IMG/VR virus record: IMGVR_UViG_2582581314_000001 | Span: 29,903 to 93,902 of that record | Source of the DNA: a virus | Lineage: Duplodnaviria > Caudoviricetes | DNA: 64,000 bases | Direction: 5' to 3' (one strand) | Shown here: positions 28,196 through 37,480 of the stretch, one piece after another | How positions within the stretch are numbered: the stretch's first letter is position 1 | Layout of the letters: every line of letters begins with the position of its first letter | Notes under the pieces: generated by a model | Database searches by the model: none | Told to the model about the DNA's origin: nothing | What the model saw: the letters and a program-made list of their open reading frames with translations, nothing else | Program-made: the position numbers and the translations under genes

Positions 28196-29140
28196 TCAGT
28201 TGGTGCGGGCGGCCGGGAAGGTGATCCGGTACAGGCGGTCGGACTTCTCGTCCGGGACGTGCTCCCATCCGGCTGCGGCGAGGTCGGCCGGGGCGGCGTT
28301 GTCGAGGGCTCGGCGGAGGACTTCGTCGGCCCTGCCGAGGGTCTCGGTGTCGAACGGGCCTGTGTCATCGGCGGTGTCGATCTCGTCCTCGCCGGCGACC
28401 GAGCAGATCGTTGCGAGGCGGGTGAGGTCGACCAGGGCCGACGTCGCCTCTGGGGCCCGGTCGTGCAGGACGCATGCGGCGGTCCACGTGGCGACGCCGA
28501 GCAGGGTGGCCGGTCGGGTGAGGCCGCACGCGCACTCGGTGTCGTGCCACTCCTCGTAGGTGCCGCAGCGGGGGCACCACCAGGCCTCACTGCTCCACGT
28601 CCACTCCCAGCCGCCGATGCCGTACAGGCCGTCGCGGTTGGGCTCGATGACGTTGGTGGCGGTGTGGCTCTCCTCGGCCCACTGCCAGCGGACGTGGACG
28701 ACGACCGTGCGGGTCTCGCCCTTGCCGTTGGGCTTGCGTCGGCGGGCTGCCTTGCGGGCGGCCCGGGTGGCGACGGCGATCGTGGTGGCCTGCTCGGCTC
28801 CCTTGTCCAGGTCTCGCCAGTTGATGCGGATGGCTATGGCGAGCGGCTCGGGGTCCTGGTCGTCGTCCTCGTCGTCCGTGCTGCGCTTCACGTCGCTCTG
28901 GATGATGTGGACGGTGTCCCGGCTGTCCGCGCGGCCGTCGATGACGTGGATCGTGTCGACGCAGTCGTAACCGTCCTTCTGGGCCATGCGGATCGTCTGG
29001 GCGGACAGCTCGCGGGCGACGTCCAGCGTGAAGTAGGGGCTCATCCAGCCGTTCCACCGGTTACGGGGGTCCAGCTGGCATGCGAAGGGGCCGAGGAACT
29101 CGTCAAGGTGGACGCGGCTCGCGATCATCTCGTGGCGCAT
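28196..29140 (-). CDS. Hypothetical two-domain protein
   Basis: RWNGWMSPYFTLD...DTIHVIDG...GLYGIGGWEWTW. Confidence 0.7.
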   Translation of the reverse strand: MRHEMIASRVHLDEFLGPFACQLDPRNRWNGWMSPYFTLDVARELSAQTIRMAQKDGYDCVDTIHVIDGRADSRDTVHIIQSDVKRSTDDEDDDQDPEPLAIAIRINWRDLDKGAEQATTIAVATRAARKAARRRKPNGKGETRTVVVHVRWQWAEESHTATNVIEPNRDGLYGIGGWEWTWSSEAWWCPRCGTYEEWHDTECACGLTRPATLLGVATWTAACVLHDRAPEATSALVDLTRLATICSVAGEDEIDTADDTGPFDTETLGRADEVLRRALDNAAPADLAAAGWEHVPDEKSDRLYRITFPAARTN

Positions 29141-29221
29141 GGTGGTTCGCTCCGTTCGGATGTGAGTCCGGCCGGGACCCCGTGGGGTCCCGGCCGGTTG
29201 GTCGTGCTGAGCAGGGCGGTC

Positions 29222-29404
29222 TCAGTCGCTGCCCTGCGTGGGGTTGATGGCCGTCGTGTGGTCGTGGCCGGTCTGCTCGCGGTCGTGTTGCATGCCCCTG
29301 GAGCAGGTGGCGAGGTGCCCGGCCCATCCCTGCTGGGGGCCGTCGGGGATGACGCGGTAGACGAAGCAGCGGCGGTCGCAGAAGTTGCAGTAGGTGCCAG
29401 CCAT
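29222..29404 (-). CDS. Small Cys/His metal-binding protein
   Basis: MAGTYCNFCDRRC...HLATC; AAGGAGG RBS. Confidence 0.65.
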   Translation of the reverse strand: MAGTYCNFCDRRCFVYRVIPDGPQQGWAGHLATCSRGMQHDREQTGHDHTTAINPTQGSD

Positions 29405-29427
29405 GGCGTCCTCCTTGTGTCCGGCGG

Positions 29428-29838
29428 TCAGAAGAGGGAGGGCGGCGGGGTCGCCGGCTTGGAGCCGAGTTCGGGGATCTCCTCGCCGGTCTGCTCCAGC
29501 CACCAGCGCGCGAACTGCGTCCGGTGGCACCAGTTGCCCGGCTTGTCGAGCTTGTCGAAGCAGAGCAGGACGAGCCGGGCGCCGCCGTTGCGAGCGGCCA
29601 GGCCGGCCAGCTCGGCGTGGACGCGGTCGATGCCGTGGCCGTTCAGCAGGCGCCGGTAGCTGAACTCGTACGCATCCTCGGGGAGGTTGGCGGCGAGCAG
29701 GTCGCGGGTGGGCGTGATGAGCTGGGCGTGGCCGGCCAGGTGGTAGCCGAGCGGCCAGCGAGGGTTGCCTGCGGTGCTGCGGATCGGAGCGCCCATGCTG
29801 GGCGTGAACTCCTGGTAGGTGCAGGTGGCGAGATCCAT
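29428..29838 (-). CDS. DUF488-like protein
   Basis: LVLLCFD...WCHR...ARW motif. Confidence 0.72.
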   Translation of the reverse strand: MDLATCTYQEFTPSMGAPIRSTAGNPRWPLGYHLAGHAQLITPTRDLLAANLPEDAYEFSYRRLLNGHGIDRVHAELAGLAARNGGARLVLLCFDKLDKPGNWCHRTQFARWWLEQTGEEIPELGSKPATPPPSLF

Positions 29839-29905
29839 TCCCGTCCTTTCCGGGTGTGGGCTAGTGGTGGAGGAGGGGGCCGCCTGGGCGGCCCCCTGTT
29901 GGGTG

Positions 29906-30133
29906 TCAGCCGTTGCAGATGCAGGTCTCGCGGTTGAAGGGCTCGGCGTCGTAGAGCCGGTTCGAGAGCCGCATGACCTTGGCGAAGAGCTGGCACAGGT
30001 CCGCGTTTTCGTCCTTCCTCTCCTGACTGGTGAGGGTGTGGCGGAGCCAGGGGAGGACCAGGGCCATTTCCTCTCGGGTGAGGACGAAGAGGTCCCCGTT
30101 ATTGATCTTCTTGATGATGTCCGCGTTTTCCAT
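29906..30133 (-). CDS. Hypothetical protein
   Basis: AGGAAAGG RBS directly after repeat 4. Confidence 0.6.
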   Translation of the reverse strand: MENADIIKKINNGDLFVLTREEMALVLPWLRHTLTSQERKDENADLCQLFAKVMRLSNRLYDAEPFNRETCICNG

Positions 30134-30172
30134 GGCCCTGGCCTTTCCTGGGGTGGTTTGTGGTGCTACCTA

Positions 30173-30250
30173 CATTCTTTCCAAATCAGCTTGTCCTAGC
30201 CAGTTTTAACAACCTGATTTGGCGAAGAAGATCTAAAAAAGTCCAGGTCA
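30173..30250 (-). repeat. Cassette element copy 4
   Basis: ccaaatcagcttg-tcctagccagttttaa-caacctgatttgg; TGA is stop of adenine MTase. Confidence 0.85.
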
Positions 30251-31075
30251 GGTGAGCGCGAACAGGTCGAGCTGTCGGGGCTGGCGCTGGTGCCAGCCGT
30301 GGGTCGGCAGGGGGCCGCCGGTCTCGGCGTCGACGACCAGGAGCACGGTGCGCACGCTGGTCCCGGACGGCGCGAACGACTCGGCGGGCAGCGGGATGAA
30401 CTCCCCCTCGGCGAGGGCGATCAGCTCGCGGAACTCGACGGTCGCCCGGTCGCTGTGCCACATGACCGACTCGGGCATGACCGCGATGAGCGTGCCGTCG
30501 TCGTCGAGGAACCCGAACCCGTGGATGGTGTGCTGCACGGCCGCCGCGAAGGGAGGGTTCATCAGCACCCGGCGGTAGCCGTGCGGGCAGTCGAGCGGGT
30601 CGAGGTCGAGGAAGTCCGCCTCGACCACGCGGCGGGCGGCGCCCTGTTCGCGGAGGACGCGCACGCGCCGCTCGTCGATCTCCACGCAGTCGACGACCGC
30701 GCCGCGTCCGGCCGCCGGCCCCACGATGGAGCCGGTACCGGCCGACGGCTCAAGGACGCTCATGCCCTGCTTGATGTTCGCGTGCTCCAGGATGTCGTGC
30801 ACGACGCGCGGCGGTGTCGGGTACCAGCCCTGCTCGTACCGGCTGGGGAACTCGCGGGTGGCGAGGCAGGCCCGCATGAACTCCTCGACGGGGAACGGGA
30901 AGACGTGGGCGCGAACCGCGTTGCGGCCGTCCCACCGGCCGCCGATCTCCTTCAGGACCTTGTTCACCTGCTCGTACTGGGCGCGGTCCAGCTCGAACGG
31001 GATCTGAACCCGCTCGCCGCTGACGACCGTGCGGTTGTCGGTGAGGACGTCGTAGACGCCGCTTGGGATCTCCAT
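30248..31075 (-). CDS. SAM-dependent DNA amino (N6-adenine/N4-cytosine) methyltransferase
   Basis: WYPTP, LEPSAGTG, VEID, ADFL, MNPPF; ends QLDLF. Confidence 0.88.
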   Translation of the reverse strand: MEIPSGVYDVLTDNRTVVSGERVQIPFELDRAQYEQVNKVLKEIGGRWDGRNAVRAHVFPFPVEEFMRACLATREFPSRYEQGWYPTPPRVVHDILEHANIKQGMSVLEPSAGTGSIVGPAAGRGAVVDCVEIDERRVRVLREQGAARRVVEADFLDLDPLDCPHGYRRVLMNPPFAAAVQHTIHGFGFLDDDGTLIAVMPESVMWHSDRATVEFRELIALAEGEFIPLPAESFAPSGTSVRTVLLVVDAETGGPLPTHGWHQRQPRQLDLFALT

Positions 31076-31125
31076 GAGGGCCCCTCCGAGGGGTTGGTAT
31101 GTCGGGCCACTGAACGGGGCTTAGG

Positions 31126-31425
31126 TCAGTAGAGGTGGCCGATGATCTCGGCGACCGCGCGGGCGATGGTGTCGAGTTCGTCGGTCGGCTTGACCGGCAG
31201 CGGGAGGGCGTCGCCCCGCTGGTCGTTGCGGACGAACAGCTCGCCGGTCGGGTTGGCGCCGATCGTGAACGGGGTGCGGTCCCAGCCGCGCAGGTGGCCG
31301 GTCACGGCCCAGGGGCCGGGTTCGGCGCCCCACTGGTCGCCGAGGTGATTGAGGGAGGCCTTCGCGATGTCGTACGGCGTGAACGGGGGAACCGGTTGCT
31401 CGTGGTAGCTGACGGGGTGCTGCAT
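31126..31425 (-). CDS. Hypothetical protein
   Basis: AGGAG RBS before MQHPVSY. Confidence 0.6.
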   Translation of the reverse strand: MQHPVSYHEQPVPPFTPYDIAKASLNHLGDQWGAEPGPWAVTGHLRGWDRTPFTIGANPTGELFVRNDQRGDALPLPVKPTDELDTIARAVAEIIGHLY

Positions 31426-31498
31426 GGCTGCTGTCTCCTGGGCGTGTTGAAAGGGAGGCGCACCGCGCGTTGGGCGGTGCGCCGTGGGCGGGTTGGGG

Positions 31499-32701
31499 TC
31501 AGGCGGCGGCCTCGGCGCCGACCTCGACATCGGCCTCGGCATCGGGGTTGACCGTCAGGCCGCTGGCGCGGACCTCGGCGACCATCTCCGCCTTGCGGAG
31601 GTTCGCCATCGCCTTGGTCGCGATGTCCTGGAGGTGCTTGATGCGCAGGCGGTGACCGCCGATGCCGCCGGGCGTACCGGCGAGGAGCAGGGCCAGCTCC
31701 TCCGGGTCCGTGGCCGCGAGCAGCGAGAGGATCTCGCCGGCCTGCCCGAGCTTGTCGACCTTGCCGACGAGCTTGGCGCGGTCGGCGATGATCCGCTCGC
31801 GCTCATCGTCGGGCAGGTCGAGGGTGCCCGGGAGGGCGTCCTGCCCGTTGTCCTTGCGGGCGGCGGCGGCCTCCTCGGAGAGGACGAAGAACGAGCCCTG
31901 CTGCTCCTGGCGCTTCTCCTCGTCGTGGAGGGCCTGCGCGAAGGCCTCGGCGTCGCGGGCGCTCTTGAAGTCGCCGCGCACCCACTTGGCGAGGAATCGG
32001 ACCTGGTTGTCCTGGGCGAGCTTGCCGACGTACCAGGCGAGGCCGACCGGCAGCTGGTTCTTGACGAGGGCCTCCTGCGCGGCCGGGCACAGGCGCAGCA
32101 GGTCGATGCGCCACTGGACGTAGGCGGCGCTCTTGCCGACGAGTTCGGCGACCTCATCCACCGTGTATCCGGGCTCGACCTGCTTGCCGTCCTCGTCCAT
32201 GAGGCCGTCTACGAGCTTCTTGAAGCCCTTCGCCTCCTCGATGGCGGTCATGTTCTCGCGGCCGACGTTCTCGGCGACGGCCTTCGCGAACGTCTCAAGC
32301 CCGTCGCCTGCGCCGTGCAGGACGACCGCCTGCATCTGGGGCAGCTCGGCGATCTGGGCGGCCCGCCACCTGCGCTCGCCCATGACGAGCGTGAACCGCT
32401 TCGTCTCCGGGATGTACCGGACGGTGATCGGCTGGAGCTGGCCCAGCTTCTTCATGGACTTGGCCAGCTCCTGAAGGGAGGCCTCGTCGAAGTGCTCGCG
32501 CGGCTGGCCCGGGTCGCGGTCGATCTTGCTGGTCGGGATCGTCCGCAGCTGCGTCCGCTTCTCGTCGCCGGCCTGCTTGGGGGCTGCCTGCTTGGGGGCG
32601 GCCGTCTTAGTCGCCGCGGTGGTCTTACGGGCGCGCGACTTGGCGGCCGGGGCCTTCTTGGGGGCGGCCTTGGTGGTGGTCTCGGTGGCGGTGGCGGTCA
32701 C
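31499..32701 (-). CDS. ParB/RepB/Spo0J family protein
   Basis: PGQPREHFD...LQPITV...GERRWRAA, ENVGRENM, HTH; Lys/Ala-rich histone-like N-terminal tail. Confidence 0.9.
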   Translation of the reverse strand: MTATATETTTKAAPKKAPAAKSRARKTTAATKTAAPKQAAPKQAGDEKRTQLRTIPTSKIDRDPGQPREHFDEASLQELAKSMKKLGQLQPITVRYIPETKRFTLVMGERRWRAAQIAELPQMQAVVLHGAGDGLETFAKAVAENVGRENMTAIEEAKGFKKLVDGLMDEDGKQVEPGYTVDEVAELVGKSAAYVQWRIDLLRLCPAAQEALVKNQLPVGLAWYVGKLAQDNQVRFLAKWVRGDFKSARDAEAFAQALHDEEKRQEQQGSFFVLSEEAAAARKDNGQDALPGTLDLPDDERERIIADRAKLVGKVDKLGQAGEILSLLAATDPEELALLLAGTPGGIGGHRLRIKHLQDIATKAMANLRKAEMVAEVRASGLTVNPDAEADVEVGAEAAA

Positions 32702-32732
32702 GTCATGTCCCTTCGGGGGGTGTGGGGTGGTT

Positions 32733-32822
32733 TGAACTACTTTCATTCTTTCCGAATCAACTTGCCCTAGCCAGTTTTGACAAGCAGTTTTGGCAAAAGA
32801 ACTTCTATGAAAGCGCAGGTCA
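32733..32822 (-). repeat. Cassette element copy 5
   Basis: Same core and flanks. Confidence 0.88.
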
Positions 32823-32833
32823 ATGGCGTCGTG

Positions 32834-33883
32834 TCAGGCAGCCTCGGGGACCATGCCGAGGAGTTCCTGGGTGCGGCCGAGGGCGTACGCGATGGCCATC
32901 TGGGCTTGGACGTCGTCTCGGCGCTCGACCATGGCTCGGCGGTGCTCGATGGCCCGGGGCCAGAGGTCGCCTTCGTGGAGGGTGTCGCCGCACGCCACCA
33001 TGGCCTTCGGGCCGAGCCCCCAGACGATCATGTTGACGGCGCATCCGGCTGCGGCGATCGGGTCGAGCTCCTGGGCGAACCACGTGTAGTTCACCGGGTC
33101 CAAGCCCATGGACCGAAAGTGCTGGGCTGCGGACCGGATCATGCCGCCGGTTCCGGCGCACGGGTCGAGGAGCGAGTAGCCCTCGTGGATCTCGTCCGGG
33201 TTCCGGCCGATGATCTGCGTGGCCATCATGTCGCAGACCTCCGGCGGGGTGTGGTACTCGCCGAGCCCTTCACGGGCCGACTTGTGCCGCAGGTTCGTGA
33301 CGGTCCACGACATGAGGTCCACCCAGCTGTTCATCTCGGGGTCCTCGCGCCCGGTGTGGTCGAGAGCGTTGGCGTCCAGGGCCGCATGGAACGTGTCGCG
33401 TACGGCGTGCAGTTCGTTTGTGGTGAGCTCCCCTTCGGCCCAGGAGAACAGGGCCGAGGCGGTGTCGATGAGGTCGGGGCGGCGCATCCACCAGTAGGCG
33501 GCGACCTCGCGGACGCACTGGAGCAGCTGGGGGGTGTCGAGGCTGCGGAAGAACTTGGCCAGGGTCCGCGGGTATCCCTTCTGCGGCCAGAGCGCGAGGG
33601 TGGCGACGACACCCATGGGGATCTCCATGCGGGTGCCGCCGTAGGCGCGGTACCAGGCGGAGGCGACGGCCTCGCCGAAGGTGGCGCCGTCGGCGGGGTT
33701 CAGCGTGAACTCGGGGGCGCGGCGGCGGCTGGTGGGCTCGGTTGCGGTGCTGGCCGGCTCCTTGGGCTTAGGCGGGGCGGGCGCCCACTGGCCTGCCGTC
33801 GGCTTGGGGAGGGTGATCGCCGTTTCGGGCTTGGGGGGTTCGGGCTCATTGCCGAGCTCGGCGAACAGGTCGAGTTGCTGCAT
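32834..33883 (-). CDS. N-6 DNA methylase-like protein (HsdM-like, lacks NPPY/F)
   Basis: GEYHTP, LLDPCAGTGGM, AQELD, GDTL then ends; begins MQQLDLF; GGAGG RBS. Confidence 0.75.
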   Translation of the reverse strand: MQQLDLFAELGNEPEPPKPETAITLPKPTAGQWAPAPPKPKEPASTATEPTSRRRAPEFTLNPADGATFGEAVASAWYRAYGGTRMEIPMGVVATLALWPQKGYPRTLAKFFRSLDTPQLLQCVREVAAYWWMRRPDLIDTASALFSWAEGELTTNELHAVRDTFHAALDANALDHTGREDPEMNSWVDLMSWTVTNLRHKSAREGLGEYHTPPEVCDMMATQIIGRNPDEIHEGYSLLDPCAGTGGMIRSAAQHFRSMGLDPVNYTWFAQELDPIAAAGCAVNMIVWGLGPKAMVACGDTLHEGDLWPRAIEHRRAMVERRDDVQAQMAIAYALGRTQELLGMVPEAA

Positions 33884-34013
33884 CGCGGTTGCCTCCGTGG
33901 GCGCGTTCGGGGATGAGTCCGGCCCGGTGCTCGGGGCGCTTGAGAGCGCCCCGAGCACCGGGCCGGGTGGGGTGGGTGGCCGGGCGGTTACCGCCGGGCC
34001 GGGCGAGTTGGGG

Positions 34014-34544
34014 TCAGGGACGGGCCAGGCGGTCCCGCATCTCCGCGACGGTCAGGCGGGCAGTCATGTGCGGCACGACCGCCTCGATCTCGTCGAGGTC
34101 GAGGACGGGGTGCCAGCCGTCGAAGACGAACACCCAGTCGCCGAGGTTGAGGCCGTGCTCGTACGTCTTGGCGGGCGCGGCAGGCTCGGCCTCGAAGGCC
34201 TCGGTGGCGTCCAGGAAGGCCCGGTAGCCCGCGAATTCGAGGCGCTCGGCCTCGTTGGTGAACGGGCAGGAGCTGGAGCCGGGGCCGGACTGGAGGACCC
34301 TCTTCGTGAGGCGCTTGCGGAGGGTGGTGAACGCCTTGCCGAAGTCGACGGCCTCGGCGTCCTCCAGGAGCATTCGGTACGGGAGGGCGTTCGCAGCCTC
34401 CTCCGTGACCTTGCGCATCGCGCTCGGCTGGACGCCCTGGGCCATGTCGGTGAGGGACTCGGCGAGGGCCTCACGTGCGGCCTTCTCACGGGCGATCGCC
34501 TTGTTGGCGAGGGCCGTGAGGACCTGGATGGTGTTCGCGTCCAT
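34014..34544 (-). CDS. Hypothetical protein
   Basis: First gene after repeat 6, GAAGGGG RBS. Confidence 0.65.
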   Translation of the reverse strand: MDANTIQVLTALANKAIAREKAAREALAESLTDMAQGVQPSAMRKVTEEAANALPYRMLLEDAEAVDFGKAFTTLRKRLTKRVLQSGPGSSSCPFTNEAERLEFAGYRAFLDATEAFEAEPAAPAKTYEHGLNLGDWVFVFDGWHPVLDLDEIEAVVPHMTARLTVAEMRDRLARP

Positions 34545-34576
34545 TTCGCTACCCCTTCTCAGTAGTTGGTGCGTTT

Positions 34577-34665
34577 TGATCTACTTTCATTCTTTCCAAA
34601 ACGACTTACCCTAGCCAGTTTTAACAAATCCATTTTGGCAAATGAACGACAAAGAACGCAGGGCA
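34577..34665 (-). repeat. Cassette element copy 6 (divergent right flank)
   Basis: attctttccaaaacgacttaccctagccagttttaacaaatccattttggc. Confidence 0.82.
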
Positions 34666-34670
34666 GGCGG

Positions 34671-34862
34671 CTACACCTGGTACCCCTTCCGCCGCAGTTC
34701 GGAGAGCTTGTTGTCGAGACCCTGGCCGCGCGGGTCCGCGGTGGGAAGCCAGGCGAGGGGCTTGCCGGCCTGGGTGATCCGCCACCGGTTGCCCCTCTTG
34801 GTCACGTCCGCCTTCTGGCTGCGGAGCTTGGCCACCAGGGCGTCCATCTGCTTCGACGACAT
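34671..34862 (-). CDS. Small HicA-like (dsRBD-fold) protein
   Basis: LVAKLRSQ.ADV..RGNRWRI...LP...N...ELRRKG pattern; catalytic His absent. Confidence 0.5.
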   Translation of the reverse strand: MSSKQMDALVAKLRSQKADVTKRGNRWRITQAGKPLAWLPTADPRGQGLDNKLSELRRKGYQV

Positions 34863-34938
34863 GTGCTGAGTCGTCCCTTCGTACGTTGCGAGTGGTTCAG
34901 GGTGTCGAGGGGCGCGCGCCCCGTGGTGAGGGCGGCTG

Positions 34939-35421
34939 TCAGGCGGCGAGCCACGCGGCGCGCTCCTCGCCCTCGTTGCGCACGTGGCTCACCGGGCGGT
35001 CCTGGCCGGAGGGGGCGACCCTCTTGGTGTAGTAGTCGACGTAGTCGCTGACAGGGAGGTCGACTGGAGCCGGCCGGTCGGGGTGGCGCACGTCGTGCGC
35101 GCCGGTCATGGTCAGGTAGGCGTCGTACTCCGTCACCTGGTTGATCTTGACCAGGCAGCCGTCGCAGACCGGGTCCCCCTCGCTGGATGATTGCGGCTTC
35201 AGCGCGGGCTTCTCGCCGCAGTTGACGCAGGGCACGTACTTGTTGTCGAACGGCGAGTGATAGCCGCAGTAGTGCTTGCCCCCGAAGGTGTGGATCGCGT
35301 AGGCGGCCTCTCCGTCGGCGGTGGCGCATCCTTGCTGCCAGCGGTCACCCCGGCACAGGATCTCGTCGTCCGGGAATCGGAGTCCGGTGGTGATGTAGGC
35401 GGGGATATTGGCTGCGCTCAT
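34939..35421 (-). CDS. Cys-rich hypothetical protein
   Basis: Several CxxC/CxxH motifs; AGGAAG RBS. Confidence 0.65.
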   Translation of the reverse strand: MSAANIPAYITTGLRFPDDEILCRGDRWQQGCATADGEAAYAIHTFGGKHYCGYHSPFDNKYVPCVNCGEKPALKPQSSSEGDPVCDGCLVKINQVTEYDAYLTMTGAHDVRHPDRPAPVDLPVSDYVDYYTKRVAPSGQDRPVSHVRNEGEERAAWLAA

Positions 35422-35493
35422 GGCTGGCTTCCTGTTCTGCGGTCGGAGGGTGGTGGTGCCCGGCGCGGTGCGCCGGGCCGGGGGCCGAGGTGG

Positions 35494-35751
35494 TCAGATG
35501 CGGGTGGCGGCCATGACCGCTTCGACGATCGGGAGGGTCTGCGACCAGGTGGCCTCAACGTCGAGGAACTCGCCGCCGCCGTACCCGTCGCGGCCCGCGA
35601 TGAACGCCTTGCCGCTGCCCTTGGGGAGCCGGACCGTGTACCGGTAGCCGTCCTCGGTGCTGACCTCGGTGGTGGGGCCGAGGTTCGTGTTCTTCCAGCT
35701 GGTGGCGGTGGCGGCTGCGGTGAAGACGGCGGAGATCGTGGTGGCGTCCAT
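35494..35751 (-). CDS. Hypothetical protein
   Basis: GGGAG RBS after repeat 7. Confidence 0.65.
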   Translation of the reverse strand: MDATTISAVFTAAATATSWKNTNLGPTTEVSTEDGYRYTVRLPKGSGKAFIAGRDGYGGGEFLDVEATWSQTLPIVEAVMAATRI

Positions 35752-35785
35752 GGCGGGCTCCCATTCCGGGTGGGTTGGTGTGTTT

Positions 35786-35875
35786 TGAACTACCTTCATT
35801 CTTTCCTAAACGACTTGCCCTAGCCAGTTTGAACAAGTCGTTTAGGCAAAAGAACTTCTAAGAAGCCGCAGGTCA
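35786..35875 (-). repeat. Cassette element copy 7
   Basis: cctaaacgacttg-ccctagccagtttgaa-caagtcgtttagg perfect 13-bp arms. Confidence 0.9.
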
Positions 35876-36012
35876 GAAGCCCTTCAGGCAGGTGTCAGGC
35901 GGTGCGCGTCATGTCTATGTTCGGCCGCCGCAGCTCTTCGGCGACCTCCTCGACGCTCGGTCCGGCCTGCCAGGTGAGGGACGGCTTCACGCCCGGCGGG
36001 TGAGGCGGTGCG

Positions 36013-37029
36013 TTAAGGGCGTCCGCACCCGGCGGGGCACGTAACGAGGTTCGGGCAGTTGCAGCCCGGGGCGAACTCGTTCTCCGAGCAGCCGCAGTGA
36101 ACGCACCGCTCCTCGCTGTTCTCCGGGTGGTCGACGTTCATGGTTCGTCGGGGGGCCAGGTGCGCGCGGAGTGCGTCGCCGGCGGCTCGTACCCGGTCGG
36201 CAGTCCAGCCGGATCCGGAGAGCGTCAGCCGGGCCCGCTCGCGCCTTGGGCCGTCGACGGCGACGATCTTCACGCTCATGGTGCTCACGTCGACGCCGAA
36301 GCGGAGGCTTCCGGTGGGCTGCGGGGTCATCTCCCGTGCCTGCCGCCAGTGGACGGGCACACGCTCCTCGTCGGCTCCGTCCGGGCCAGGGCAGGCATGG
36401 GAGATCGCGTTCAACAGCTCGGTGTCGTGCCTGCACTCGCCGGCGCAGTGGAGGAGGGCGACCCCGCAGCGGGCCACCCTGAACGCGTGCCGGGTAGAGG
36501 AGGAGCGGGGGCGGCTGGTGATGACGCAGCCCAGGGCTGGGACGCGCGTCGTGCGCTCCAGCCAGAAGCCCTCACCGTGCTCGTCGAAGTAGGCGCGGCC
36601 GAGGTCCCATCCACGTACGCGGACGGCGTCCTCCCACGTCCACGGCCGCCGGTTGCGGTAGTCGCGGTCGTCCGGGCCGGTCGTGACCCACAGGCGGTAT
36701 CCGTCCGGTCCGGCGAACAGAGCGTCGGACGCGAAGACCCGCTCGACGCGCACCAGGACCCGAGGCGCGTTCACCAGCACAGCAGTGCACCGGTCGTGCA
36801 GCGCCTCCATCACCGGGCAGTCGTCGCACTGGCCGCGGCGGACGCAGAGCCCGAAGCCACCCCAGCGGGCTCGGCGGGTGTCCTGGGCCTCCAGCAGTGC
36901 GCCCCAGCGCCGGGGCCGTAGGGCGCACTGGTCGCCGGTGCCGAAGTGAGCGTTGAGGCTCAGCCTGTTCCAGCCTTTCCCGTCGGGCCCGCCGGCCGGG
37001 GCCTCGGGTTCGCGCAGGTAGATCGGCAT
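36013..37029 (-). CDS. Hypothetical protein
   Basis: AAGGG RBS, 338 aa; C-terminal Cys-rich tail may be a separate small gene. Confidence 0.6.
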   Translation of the reverse strand: MPIYLREPEAPAGGPDGKGWNRLSLNAHFGTGDQCALRPRRWGALLEAQDTRRARWGGFGLCVRRGQCDDCPVMEALHDRCTAVLVNAPRVLVRVERVFASDALFAGPDGYRLWVTTGPDDRDYRNRRPWTWEDAVRVRGWDLGRAYFDEHGEGFWLERTTRVPALGCVITSRPRSSSTRHAFRVARCGVALLHCAGECRHDTELLNAISHACPGPDGADEERVPVHWRQAREMTPQPTGSLRFGVDVSTMSVKIVAVDGPRRERARLTLSGSGWTADRVRAAGDALRAHLAPRRTMNVDHPENSEERCVHCGCSENEFAPGCNCPNLVTCPAGCGRP

Positions 37030-37062
37030 GTTCGTTCCCTTTCCCGTCGTGGTCTCGGGTGG

Positions 37063-37440
37063 TCAGGCGTCCTGCTCGGGGTGCTCGCCGCCGTGCTCTT
37101 CGATGAGCGCGCGGACGTCCTCGACGGGCACCTCGTAGAACAGGCGGCCCTTGTCGGGCTCGTCGCCGGAGGTGAGCCACAGCTCGATCGGGTCCTCCAG
37201 CTCCCAGCCGTCGCTGTCGGTGGGCTCGACGCCTTCGACCAGGTAGACCTCCAGGTGCGTGTACGGGCCCGCGTAGTCGCTGGGAACGCTGTGCGGTCCG
37301 GAGCCGCCGTTGGGGCACGGGAGGCAGGTGGCGCCCGGTCCGGCCTGCACGGTGATCGTCTTGCCGTCGGCGAGGCGGATGCTGCTGAAGGTGTTGCCGG
37401 TGCCGTGGCCGGCGAAGTGGTCGAGGCGGGTCGTGGTCAT
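37063..37440 (-). CDS. Hypothetical protein
   Basis: IRLADG.TITVQAG...YTHLEV...YEVPVEDV..LIEEHGG, pattern seen in phage hypotheticals. Confidence 0.65.
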   Translation of the reverse strand: MTTTRLDHFAGHGTGNTFSSIRLADGKTITVQAGPGATCLPCPNGGSGPHSVPSDYAGPYTHLEVYLVEGVEPTDSDGWELEDPIELWLTSGDEPDKGRLFYEVPVEDVRALIEEHGGEHPEQDA

Positions 37441-37480
37441 GGCGTTCGGGTCCCTGTCTGTTAGTGGTCGGGGGCGCAGG

